From NCBI GenBank assembly GCA_963800865.1, contig CAWDCL010000004.1, positions 1,821,800-1,885,799 on the forward strand: 64,000 bases of DNA, read 5' to 3'. Shown piece after piece: positions 25,931 to 35,260 of the stretch. A program made the translations under genes and the position numbers. The stretch's first letter is position 1. Every line of letters begins with the position of its first letter. The notes under the pieces are model-generated. The model was not told where the DNA came from. It searched no databases and was given only the letters and a program-made list of their open reading frames with translations. The stretch comes from an uncultured Acidobacteriota bacterium (GTDB taxonomy: Bacteria; Acidobacteriota; Polarisedimenticolia; J045).

Positions 25931-27244
25931 GTGGGGCCGGTCTTCCTGATCCTCGTCGTCGTTTCCGTCCTGGCCGGGGCCTGGACGGGCCGGATGCAGG
26001 AATTGACCGAGGCCTCGATCGCGGGCGCCGCGCAGGCGGTCGAGCTGGCGATCGGCCTGGTCGGGATGATGACCCTGTGGCTCGGCCTGACCGAGGCCCT
26101 GCGCCGGGCCGGGCTGGTCGAGGCCCTGGCCCGCGGGCTCCGCCCGGTCTTCCGGCGGCTCTTTCCAGCGGTCCCGGACGGCCACCCGGCGCTCGGCGCG
26201 ATGACCCTCAACATGGGGGCGAACCTGCTCGGGCTCTCGAACGCCGCGACCCCCTTCGGGATCGAGGCGATGCGGCAGCTCGACCGGCTCAACGGCCGCC
26301 CGGGGACGATCACCGACGCGCAGGCGCTGTTCCTGGCGATCAACACGGCCGGGGTTTCGTTGCTCCCGCTCGGGGCCATGGCGGTGCGGGCCCAGCTGGG
26401 GTCGCAGGATCCCGCGGGGATCCTCGGGACCACGCTGATCGCGACCGTGCTGTCGACGCTGGTCGCGGTCGCGACGGCGCTGGCGCTGGCCCGGCTGCCG
26501 CTGTTCCGGAAGAGCGCGCCACCGGCAGCTTCGGGCGCGGGTGGGGAGGGGAGCGCCGGCGCCTCCGGTGCGGGCGGCGCCGAGAGCACGGCCGCTGCGC
26601 CGCGGCCTCGGGCCGCGGGCTGGCGCGGGCCGGCCGCGTGGACGGCGATGGCTGCTGCCGTCGTCGGCGCGGCGCTGGCGCTGGGGCGCCTCGCTTCCTC
26701 CGACGGCGCCTCCGCCGCGTGGCGCTACGGCGTATCGTGGCTCCCGTTGCCGCTGTTGATCCTGGCAGCGGTGCTCTACGCCTGGGCCCGCGGCGTGCCG
26801 GTCTACGCGGCGGTCGTCGACGGGGGACGGGAGGGGTTCCAGGTCGCGGTGAGGATCATCCCGTTCATGGTCGCGATCCTGACCGTGGCGGCGATGTTCC
26901 GCGCTTCCGGCGCGCTCTCCGCGCTGGAGTGGCTGCTGGCTCCTCTCACCGGGCCGCTGGGCTTCCCCGCGGCCGCGATCCCGATGGCGCTGATGCGGCC
27001 GCTCTCGGGCTCCGGCGCGCTCGCGATCATGAGCGACACGATGAAGGCGCACGGGCCCGACAGCTTCGTCGGCTACCTCGTCTCAACGATCCAGGGCTCG
27101 AGCGAGACGACCTTCTACGTGCTCGCGGTCTACGGCGGGGCGGTGGGACTGGCCCGCACGCGCCACGCGATCCCGGCCTGCCTGGCGGGCGACCTCGCAG
27201 GGACGCTGGGGGCGCTGCTCGCCGTGCGACTGCTGCTCGGCTGA
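25931..27244 (+). CDS. Fused SpmA/SpmB-like nucleoside-recognition (Gate) domain membrane protein
   Basis: Two Gate/nucleoside-transporter-like domains (…GLVGMMTLWLGLTEA…, …MSDTMKAHGPDSFVGYLVSTIQGSSETTFYVLAVYGG…). The start is uncertain: GTG 25931 (including a TM segment) or ATG 25994. Confidence 0.7.
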   Translation: MGPVFLILVVVSVLAGAWTGRMQELTEASIAGAAQAVELAIGLVGMMTLWLGLTEALRRAGLVEALARGLRPVFRRLFPAVPDGHPALGAMTLNMGANLLGLSNAATPFGIEAMRQLDRLNGRPGTITDAQALFLAINTAGVSLLPLGAMAVRAQLGSQDPAGILGTTLIATVLSTLVAVATALALARLPLFRKSAPPAASGAGGEGSAGASGAGGAESTAAAPRPRAAGWRGPAAWTAMAAAVVGAALALGRLASSDGASAAWRYGVSWLPLPLLILAAVLYAWARGVPVYAAVVDGGREGFQVAVRIIPFMVAILTVAAMFRASGALSALEWLLAPLTGPLGFPAAAIPMALMRPLSGSGALAIMSDTMKAHGPDSFVGYLVSTIQGSSETTFYVLAVYGGAVGLARTRHAIPACLAGDLAGTLGALLAVRLLLG

Positions 27245-27322
27245 GCGGCCCGCATTCCGCGGGCCGGCGGGCGGCGCCGCACGGCTTCTCCGTCGCCCAA
27301 AACCTATATTGCCGGGCGGAAG

Positions 27323-28892
27323 GTGAGAAGGATGGAAGCCGTTCGCCACCGTTCGCGAGCCGCCGCGCTCGCCCTTTGCCTCGTTGCTCGCCGCCTCGGC
27401 CGCCGCGCGTGCGGCGGAGTCCCCGCCGCTCAGCGCCCTCGCCGAGCGGGCGCGCGGTTCCGTCGTGGAGATCCTCGGCGCAATCGAGGGGAGCGACGAG
27501 ACCTCGTATGGAACGGGCTTCGTGGTGCGCGACAAGAGCCTCGTCCTGACCAACGCCCACGTCGTGCGCGGCGTCAAGAAGCCGCTGGTCCGGACGAAGG
27601 ACGGCGCGACGTACGCCTCGGTGCGCGTGATCGACAGCGACGACGCGCTCGACCTGGCGCTGCTGCGCGTGGTCGGCCTCGGGCTCGAGCCGCTGCCGAT
27701 CTCGCCGGTGCCGCTGGCGCCGGTCGGGACCGAGGTGGTCGCGGTCGGACACCCGCGCGGCTACGAGTTCACCGTCTCGGCGGGCATCGTCTCCGCGACG
27801 CGGACGCTGAAGGAGCACGGGATCGAGATGCTCCAGACCACCGCGCCGATCAGCCCCGGCAGTTCCGGCGGCCCGCTGCTGGACCGCGAGGGGAAGGTGG
27901 TCGGCGTCTGCTCGCTGACGCTGGCGGAGGGGCAGAACATCAACTTCGCGGTGCCGGCGCGGGAAGTCGGGCCGTTCATGGAACGCAGCCTGGCGATCGA
28001 GCGGGCGCTGACCGCCGGCACCGCCGGCGACACGAGCGCGCTGCCGCCCGAGGGGCTGGCGCGGCTGGTCCGCAAGCACCGCGACGAGGGGGACCTGGTG
28101 CGCGCGGCCGACCTGGCCCGCACCTCGCTGGCCCGTCACCCGCAGAGCCTCGCCCTGCTCGTCGAGGCGGCCGAGGTGGCCTGGTCGCAGGGGCGATTCC
28201 CGGAGGTCAAGGCGCTGCTCGCGCAGATCGACGGCGTGAAGCCCGGGTACGCCGCGGCGCGCCAGATCGGCGCCGCGCTGGCGGCGCAGGACGGCGACTG
28301 CGAGCGAGCAGTGCGCGAGTCCGACGCGGCGCTGGCCGCGGGGCTGGACGTCGAGCGCGCGGGCGAGGCGCACGCGGTGCTGGCCGAATGCCTGGGCCGG
28401 CTCGGGCGGACCGGCGACGCGCTGGCCCACGTCGACCAGGCGCTCGCCGTCGGGACGATCGCCGATCTCCCCGACTACCACGCGCTGCGGGCCTTCCTGC
28501 TGCAGGCGCTCGGGAAGGCCGACGAGGCCGACCGGGCGGCCATCGACGCGCTGGTCGCCGCGAACTGGGACCCGCTCGTCGTGGCGGCGCTGCGCGAACG
28601 CGGGCTGCCGCGGCTGGTCGAGGTCGTGTCGCAGCGCACGGTCAACGCGAACGGCGTACTGGCGGTCGAGGGGGTCGTCCGGAATCGCGGGCCGGTCACG
28701 CTGCGCGAGGTCGAGCTGACCGCCGAGGGGACCGACGCGGCCGGGACGATCGTGGCCTCGGGGTCCGCGAAAGCAGCCCCGGGACGGCTGGTGCCCGGGC
28801 AGACCGGGTCGTTCCGGATCGCGCTCGGCGGCGCACCGGATGCCGTGAAGGACGTCGTCGTGCGCGTCGTCGACTTCCAAGGCCAGCCGTAG
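27323..28892 (+). CDS. Trypsin-like serine protease (S1C/HtrA-like catalytic domain) with a C-terminal TPR-like helical domain. A probable frameshift inside the signal peptide is recorded under findings.
   Basis: Catalytic triad context (TNAHVV, D, GSSGGPLL). ATG 27323 encodes MEAVRHRSRAAALALCLVA, a signal-peptide n- and h-region. The protease frame only begins at 27384 (…AASAAARAAESPP…), so the track ORF 27384.. has a TTG start with no signal peptide. Confidence 0.7.
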
Positions 28893-29029
28893 GCGAGCCG
28901 GCCTCAGTACCGGCCCGCCGGCCATCGCGGATCGTCCCGCAACCCGCCCGTCTCCCGTTCACCGGTGTACCCTGTCGGCGCGCCTTCAGGCGACCGCGGG
29001 CGCCGACCGCCCCGGTGGGGACGGCATCC

Positions 29030-29413
29030 ATGAGATGGCTCGGACGGTATGCGGACCACGCCTACGCGCTGCTCCGCATCGTGGCGGGTTTCATGTTCAC
29101 GTTCCACGGGGCACAGAAGGTCCTGGGGCTGTTCACCGAGCAGCAGCCGCCGGTGGGATCGCAGATCTGGATCGGCGGGTTGATCGAGCTGCTCGGAGGG
29201 CTGGCCATCATGCTGGGCTTCCAGACGCGCCTCGCGGCCTTCCTCTGCAGCGGCACGATGGCCGTGGCCTACTTCCAGTTCCACTGGAAGCTGCAGGGGG
29301 GGGCGGAGTTCTTTCCGACGGTGAACAAGGGTGAGCTGGCGGTCCTCTACTGCTTCGTCTTCCTCTTCATCGCCTGTCGAGGCGGCGTGAAGTGGTGCGC
29401 AGACAAGAGGTAG
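29030..29413 (+). CDS. DoxX-family membrane protein
   Basis: ATG 29030 (MRWLGRYADHAYALLRIVAGFMFTFHGAQKVLGLF…). This is the typical DoxX pattern with 4 TM helices. Confidence 0.75.
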   Translation: MRWLGRYADHAYALLRIVAGFMFTFHGAQKVLGLFTEQQPPVGSQIWIGGLIELLGGLAIMLGFQTRLAAFLCSGTMAVAYFQFHWKLQGGAEFFPTVNKGELAVLYCFVFLFIACRGGVKWCADKR

Positions 29414-29453
29414 GGGCCGGCCTCCGTGCCGGCCCGCACCCGGGAGCGGAACG

Positions 29454-30200
29454 ATGACGATCCTGCTCCTGTTGCTCGGCTACGCCATCCTGCTCTCGGT
29501 TGCGCTGGCGTGGGCCGGGCACCGCGCGCAGCCGGCGTCCGCGAGCCGTGAGACGCGCCGGCCTCCCGCGCGGATCCTGGTCGTCGGCGCGACGGGCGGC
29601 ACCGGCCGCCGGCTCGTCGCCCAGGCGCTCGAGCGCGGCTACGTCGTGACGGCCCTCGTCCGGGATCCGTCGCGGCTCGAGGTCGACCACCCGCAGCTGA
29701 CCGTGATGCGGGGCGACGTCCTCGACGAGGGGTCCGTCGACGCGGCGGTGCGCGGCCAGGACGCGGTCCTCTCCGCGCTCGGCCACAAGCGGTACTTCGG
29801 TCCGACCCGGATCCTCTCGGACGGGACGCGGAACATCGTGCGCGCGATGGAGAAGCACGGCGTCGCGCGCCTGGTCTGTGAGACCTCGCTCGGGATCGGC
29901 GACAGCGCCGGGCGCATGGGGCTCTCCTACACCTTCTTCATCATCCCGGTGATCCTGCCGTTCTACTTCTGGGACAAGACCCGGCAGGAGCGCGTCGTCG
30001 CGGGGAGCGGCGTGGAATGGGTGATCGTGCGGCCGGGGGCCCTGACCGACGGCGAGCGGCGTGGCCGCTGTCGCCACGGCCTCGGGATCGGGAGCCTGCT
30101 CCGGACGGTGCGCATCGCTCGCGCCGATGTGGCCGATTTCATGCTGGACCAGCTGGAGTCCGACACCTACCTGGGAACGGCCCCGGGGGTGTGCTGGTAG
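29454..30200 (+). CDS. NAD(P)H-binding oxidoreductase (atypical SDR/NmrA-like) with an N-terminal TM anchor
   Basis: GATGGTGRRLV Rossmann motif preceded by the hydrophobic MTILLLLLGYAILLSVALAWA. Confidence 0.7.
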   Translation: MTILLLLLGYAILLSVALAWAGHRAQPASASRETRRPPARILVVGATGGTGRRLVAQALERGYVVTALVRDPSRLEVDHPQLTVMRGDVLDEGSVDAAVRGQDAVLSALGHKRYFGPTRILSDGTRNIVRAMEKHGVARLVCETSLGIGDSAGRMGLSYTFFIIPVILPFYFWDKTRQERVVAGSGVEWVIVRPGALTDGERRGRCRHGLGIGSLLRTVRIARADVADFMLDQLESDTYLGTAPGVCW

Positions 30201-30208
30201 ATCCCGTG

Positions 30209-31564
30209 CTACCGGGCGCGCCGGGCCTTCTCGACCGCTTCGCGCCAGCGGGCCAGCCGCTCGGCGATCGCGCGCTCGTCGCCCTCGCCGGACGGCTCGT
30301 AGAAGCGGCTGCCGGCGAGATCGGTCGGGAGGTAGTCGACCGGCGCGTGGTGGCCGGGCTCGTCGTGCGGGTAGCGGTAGCCGGCCCCCGCGCCGAGCTG
30401 CTGCGAGAGCGGGGCCGAGGCGTCGCGCAGCGCCGCCGGGATCGGCAGGTTGCCGCGCTCGCGGGCGGCGTCGGCCGCGGCATCGCGCGCGCCGATCACG
30501 CTGTTCGACTTCGGCGCCGTGGCCAGGTAGAGCGCGGCCTCGGCCAGCGGCAGCGTCCCCTCCGGCAGGCCGAGCCGCTCGAACGCCTGCGCGGCCGCGA
30601 GCGCGACCGACAGCGCCCGCGGGTCCGCCAGCCCGATGTCCTCCGCGGCGAAGATCAGCATCCGTCGCGCCGGGAAGAGCGGGTCCTCGCCCGACTCGAT
30701 CATTCTCATCAGGTAATAGACCGCGGCGTCGGGGTCGGAGCCGCGCAGCGACTTGATGAAGGCCGAGGCCAGGTCGTAGTGCTGGTCCCCCTGGCGGTCG
30801 GCGCGCAGCAGGCGCTGCTGCGCGGCGAGCCGGATGTCGTCCAGCGTCAACTCGACCGGCTCGCTCCCGGCGGCCCGCGCCGCCGCCAGCGCGGCGGCGA
30901 TCTCGAGCGTCGTCAGCGCGCGCCGCGCGTCGCCGTCGGCCTCGGCCGCGATCGCGTGCCGCACCGCCTCGCCGGCGCTCACCGTCCCGCCCAGGCCCCG
31001 CACCGAGTCGTCGAGCGCACGGGTGACGATGGCCGCGAGCGCCGCGTCGTCGAGCGGCCGCAGCACCAGCACGCGACAGCGCGAGACGAGCGGCGCGACG
31101 ACCGTGTGTGCCGGGTTCTCGGTCGTGGCGCCGATCAGCGTGATCGTCCCGTCCTCGACGTGCGGCAGGAGCGCGTCCTGCTGTCCCTTGTGGAAGCGGT
31201 GGATCTCGTCGAGGAACAGCAGCGCGCGGCGGCGCGCGCGGCGCAGCTTGCGGGCCCCCTCGACCACCTGGCGCACGTCGGCAACGCCGGAGCTGACCGC
31301 CGAGAGCGCGAAGAACTCGTACCCTGCCGCCGCCGCGAGCAACCGCGCCAGCGTCGTCTTGCCCGAGCCGGGCGGCCCCCAGAGGATCAGCGAGGGCAGG
31401 CGGTGCGCGGCGATCGAGCGGCGGAGGAACCCCTCGGGTCCCGTCAGGTGCGGCTGGCCCGCGACCTCGTCCAGCACGCGCGGGCGCATCCGCTCCGCCA
31501 GCGGGGCGTCGTCGCCCGGCGGCGGGAGTGACGCGCCGTCGCCCGGGAAGAGCGAGCCGCTCAC
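30209..31564 (-). CDS. rarA: Replication-associated recombination protein A (RarA/MgsA AAA+ ATPase)
   Basis: Walker A (LILWGPPGSGKTTLA), the PLAERMRP N-terminal motif and the MgsA C-terminal domain. The likely GTG start at 31564 overlaps the thrC stop (GTGA). The 834-aa track ORF wrongly fuses it to thrC. Confidence 0.85.
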   Translation of the reverse strand: MSGSLFPGDGASLPPPGDDAPLAERMRPRVLDEVAGQPHLTGPEGFLRRSIAAHRLPSLILWGPPGSGKTTLARLLAAAAGYEFFALSAVSSGVADVRQVVEGARKLRRARRRALLFLDEIHRFHKGQQDALLPHVEDGTITLIGATTENPAHTVVAPLVSRCRVLVLRPLDDAALAAIVTRALDDSVRGLGGTVSAGEAVRHAIAAEADGDARRALTTLEIAAALAAARAAGSEPVELTLDDIRLAAQQRLLRADRQGDQHYDLASAFIKSLRGSDPDAAVYYLMRMIESGEDPLFPARRMLIFAAEDIGLADPRALSVALAAAQAFERLGLPEGTLPLAEAALYLATAPKSNSVIGARDAAADAARERGNLPIPAALRDASAPLSQQLGAGAGYRYPHDEPGHHAPVDYLPTDLAGSRFYEPSGEGDERAIAERLARWREAVEKARRAR

Positions 31565-32713
31565 CGGGCCCCGGCCTCGAGCGCGCCGACCAGCGCCCGC
31601 CCCTGCCGCACGCCGGCGCCGGAGAGCAGCACCACGACGCGCCGCGCGCCGGCCAGCAGCCGCGGTGCGCTGCGGCCGAGCAGGAAAGCCACCGGGAGCG
31701 CGGCGGTCGGCTCGACCCGGAACCCCTCGCGCCACAGCAGGCGCAGCGCGCGATCGATCGCGACCTCTCCGGCGGTGACGACCAGGCCGTCCGTCTGCCG
31801 CACGGCTTCGAGCAGTTCGACGGCGCGCACGGGGCGCGGCACGACGGCCCCTTCGGCCAGGCTCGGGCGCGGCTGCTCCCAGGGCGCCGCGTCGCCGGCC
31901 TGCTCGCGATAGGCGCGCGCGAGGGGCGCGCACCCCTCGGGCTGGACCGCGACGATCCGCGGAAGGGCCCCGCGGCCCGCCGCGGCGAGTGCGCGGAATC
32001 CGGCGTGCAGGCCCGCGAGGTAGCCGCCCTGTCCGGCGGCTGCGACGACCGCGTCGGGCAGCCCGCCCAGCGCGGACGCGATGTCGAACGCCGCCGTCGC
32101 GGCGCCGGCGGTGAAGAGCGGCTGCGCGGCGTGCGAGGCATAGGTCACTCCCGGCCGCGCGCGCGGAGAGCGCCGCGTCGGTGGCCCGGTCGCGCGTCCC
32201 CTCGACCTCGATCAGCTCGGCGCCGGCAGCGCGGATCAGCTCCTTCTTCAGCGGCGTCGTCGCGGCCGGGACGAAGACCCGCAGCGCGAGCCCGCCCGCC
32301 CGGGCGTACGCGGCGAGCGACAGTCCCGCGTTCCCCGACGAGTCCTCGATCAGCCCGCGCTTCCCCGCCGCCGCGAGCGCCCCCACCAGCAGCGCCGAGC
32401 CGCGGTCCTTCCACGACCCGGTGGGAAGCAGGTCGTCGCGCAGCGCCAGGAGCCCCTCCGGCAGCCCCGGCAGCGCGAGCGGCTCGAGCGGGACGATCCG
32501 CTCGCCGAGCGTCAGCGCCGGCACGCCGTCGAGGAACGGGAAGGCGGCGCGCCAGCGCCATGGCGAACCGGGGCTCTCGAGGGTCGCCACGGGATCGCCC
32601 GGCGCGGCCAGCTCCGGCGTCCGTGCGACGCCGCCGCAGGGGCAGAGCGGATCGTCCGGGAGCAGCGGCCGCGCCCGCCCGCAGCGGGTGCAGGCCGGGG
32701 AGGGGAGCGTCAT
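31561..32713 (-). pseudogene. thrC: Threonine synthase (PLP-dependent) gene with a frameshift near 32150
   Basis: The N-terminal zinc ribbon (CTRCG…CPCGG) and PLP lysine motif (TGSWKDRG) are in the frame starting ATG 32713. The C-terminal half (…YASHAAQPLFTAGAATAAFDIASALGG…) is in the 31561..32148 frame. The junction is around CCGGGAGTGACC (32147-32160). Confidence 0.75.
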
Positions 32714-33441
32714 GCGCCGCCGGAACCGGGGGCCGTCGCGGCGGCGAGGTCCGCGACCACGCGCTCCGCGGCCGCGCGCGGGTCGTCGGCCTTGACGATC
32801 GGCCGCCCGACCACGATGTGGCTCGCGCCGCCGCGCACCGCCTCGGCCGGCGTCGCGACGCGGGCCTGGTCGCCGTGCGCCTCGCCCGGCAGCCGGATCC
32901 CCGGCGTCACCAGCCAGAAGCCGCCGCCCAGCTCGCGCCGCAGCCGCGGCGCCTCGAGCGCGCTGGCCACCAGGCCGTCGGCCCCGGCTTCCAACGCCAG
33001 CCGCGCCAGCCGCAGCGCGTTGGTCTCCGGGTCGTCGGAGGCCAGCCCCAGCGAGGCCAGGCTCCGCGCGTCGTGCGAGGTCAGCACCGTCACCGCCAGC
33101 AGCTGCGGCCGGGCCGCGCCACAGGCCTCCGCCGCCTCGCGCGCGGCCGCGATCATCTCGCCCCCGCCGAGCGCGTGCAGCGTCGTGAAGCGCACGCCCA
33201 GCGTTCCGGCCGAGCGCACCGCCGCGGCGGCGGTGCGCGGGATGTCGTGGATCTTGAGGTCGAGGAAGATCGACGCGCCGCCGGCGCGCGCGGCCTCGAC
33301 CGCGGCCGGGCCGTGCGCGACGAACTGCTCCAGCCCCACCTTGAAGACGCCGACCTTGCCGGACAGCGCCGTTGCCAGCGCGCGGGCGCCGGCGAGGTCC
33401 GGCACGTCGAGTGCCACGACCAGTCGATCGACCGGGTTCAT
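32710..33441 (-). CDS. pyrF: Orotidine 5'-phosphate decarboxylase
   Basis: ATG 33441 (MNPVDRLVVALDVPDL…FLDLKIHDIP…). The start overlaps the pyrD stop. Confidence 0.85.
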   Translation of the reverse strand: MNPVDRLVVALDVPDLAGARALATALSGKVGVFKVGLEQFVAHGPAAVEAARAGGASIFLDLKIHDIPRTAAAAVRSAGTLGVRFTTLHALGGGEMIAAAREAAEACGAARPQLLAVTVLTSHDARSLASLGLASDDPETNALRLARLALEAGADGLVASALEAPRLRRELGGGFWLVTPGIRLPGEAHGDQARVATPAEAVRGGASHIVVGRPIVKADDPRAAAERVVADLAAATAPGSGGA

Positions 33442-34352
33442 GCCTGGTTCCCCTTGACCGCTCCGACGAGCGCGTTGACGTCCTCGACGCCGTGCGCGGC
33501 GCACCAGGCCGCGAGGTCGTCGACGATCCGCATCGCCACGCCGGGGTCGTTGAAGTTGGCGGTGCCCACCTGCACCGCCCGCGCGCCGGCGAGCAGGAAC
33601 TCGACCACGTCGCGGGCGTTGACGATCCCGCCCATCCCGACGATCGGGATCTTCACCGCCTTGAACACCTGGTGGACCATCGCGATCGCCACCGGCCGGA
33701 TCGCCGGGCCCGAGAGTCCTCCGGTCCCGCGGTGCAGCACCGGCCGCCGGCGCTCGACGTCGATCACCATCCCGACCAGCGTGTTGATCAGCGAGACCGC
33801 GTCGGCCCCGCCCGCCTCGGCGGCCAGCGCGGTCTCGGCGATGCTGCTGACGTTCGGCGTCAGCTTGACCCACAGCGGCTGGCGCGTGATCGCGCGCGCG
33901 TCCCTGGTGATCGCCTCGATCGCCGTCGGCGAGCGTCCGAGCTCGAGCCCCCCCTCCTTCACGTTGGGGCAGGAGAGGTTCAGCTCGACCGCCGCGATCC
34001 CGCTCTCCTTCGCCAGCCGCTCGACGACGTGGAGCAGGTCCTCCTCGCACTGGCCGTAGACGTTGACCACGGTGGCTACGCCGCGCTCGCGCAGGGCGGG
34101 GAGTTTCTCCTCGAGGAAGCGGTCGATCCCGACGTTCTGCAGCCCGATCGCGTTGAGCATCCCGGACGGCGTCTCGACCAGCCGCGGCGGCGGGTTGCCG
34201 GCGCGCGGCTTCGGTGAGATCCCCTTGACGACCACGCCGCCGAGCCGGTTGAGGTCGAGGTACGGCTCGAATTCCAGCCCATACCCGAAGGTGCCGCTCG
34301 CGGTCAGGACCGGGTTTCGAAGCACGAGGCCGCCGCCGACGGCGACCTCCAT
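33438..34352 (-). CDS. pyrD: Dihydroorotate dehydrogenase catalytic subunit (class 1B)
   Basis: ATG 34352 (MEVAVGGGLVLRNPVLTASGTFGYG…NLSCPN…). The upstream 63 aa of the track ORF is an artefact. Confidence 0.85.
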   Translation of the reverse strand: MEVAVGGGLVLRNPVLTASGTFGYGLEFEPYLDLNRLGGVVVKGISPKPRAGNPPPRLVETPSGMLNAIGLQNVGIDRFLEEKLPALRERGVATVVNVYGQCEEDLLHVVERLAKESGIAAVELNLSCPNVKEGGLELGRSPTAIEAITRDARAITRQPLWVKLTPNVSSIAETALAAEAGGADAVSLINTLVGMVIDVERRRPVLHRGTGGLSGPAIRPVAIAMVHQVFKAVKIPIVGMGGIVNARDVVEFLLAGARAVQVGTANFNDPGVAMRIVDDLAAWCAAHGVEDVNALVGAVKGNQA

Positions 34353-34366
34353 CCGAACCGCCGCGC

Positions 34367-35221
34367 TCACAGCACGATCTCCCGCGCGTCGAAGACCGGC
34401 CCTTCGGTGCAGACCCGCACGAAGCGGTCGAAGTCGCTCTCCGGCTGGCGCTTCTCGACGACGCAGCCGAGGCAGACGCCGAAGCCGCAGGCCATCGTCT
34501 CCTCCATCGCCACCTGGCAGGGGACGGCGCGCGCCAGGCACAGCTCGGCCACCGCGCGCAGCATCGGGTGGGGCCCGCAGGCCATGACCAACCGGCGCCG
34601 GCCGGGGTCGGCGTCGAGGTGCGCGGCGAGCGGCACCGTGACGAAGCCGTGGTGCCCGTGCGAGCCGTCCTCGGTCGCGGTCACGACGCGGCCGGTCCTG
34701 CGCTCGAACCAGTCGAGCAGCGTCAGGTCGTGCCGGGTGCGGCCGCCGAAGAAGAGCGTCGTCCGCGCGGCACGCGGGCCCAGCTCCTGGAGCAGGAGCG
34801 GGAAGATCGCGTTTCCGATCCCGCCCGCGACCAGCAACAGCTCGGTTTCTTCGCCGCCACCGCCGTCCCCTGCAACCGGGTCCGGGATCCAGAAGCCGCG
34901 CCCGAGCGGTCCCAGGAGCGCGAGTTCGTCTCCCGGCTGGAGCCGGCTGAAGAGCGTGGTACCTCGCCCGACGACCTTGTAAAGCAGGCCGATCGAAACG
35001 GGATCGCCCCGGCCCGGCTCGCCGCCGTGCGGCTCGGGTGACACGAGCGCGACGGAGAAGGGTCGGCGGATCAGCATCTGGTCGATGTCGGTCAAGCCGA
35101 TCATCACGAACTGCCCGGCACGGATCTCGCGCGCGATTTCCGGCGCGCTGAGCGTGAGGAGGTGGTAGCCGGCGCCGAGATCGTCCTGGCGCTCGACGGC
35201 AGCGGTCAGGTTGTAGGGCAT
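34367..35221 (-). CDS. pyrK: Dihydroorotate dehydrogenase electron-transfer subunit (FAD/NAD-binding, 2Fe-2S)
   Basis: Ferredoxin-reductase-like fold with a C-terminal Cys cluster (CGFGVCLGC…C). Confidence 0.8.
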   Translation of the reverse strand: MPYNLTAAVERQDDLGAGYHLLTLSAPEIAREIRAGQFVMIGLTDIDQMLIRRPFSVALVSPEPHGGEPGRGDPVSIGLLYKVVGRGTTLFSRLQPGDELALLGPLGRGFWIPDPVAGDGGGGEETELLLVAGGIGNAIFPLLLQELGPRAARTTLFFGGRTRHDLTLLDWFERRTGRVVTATEDGSHGHHGFVTVPLAAHLDADPGRRRLVMACGPHPMLRAVAELCLARAVPCQVAMEETMACGFGVCLGCVVEKRQPESDFDRFVRVCTEGPVFDAREIVL

Positions 35222-35260
35222 GCCGGGATATTACCAGTTATCCTCCCCCTGACACCGCCG

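Noticed and set aside
30209-32713. 834-aa ORF interpreted as one ThrC-RarA fusion protein
   Set aside because: The middle ~90 aa is Arg-rich off-frame sequence. The ThrC C-terminal half is in another frame, and RarA has its own GTG start overlapping the thrC stop.
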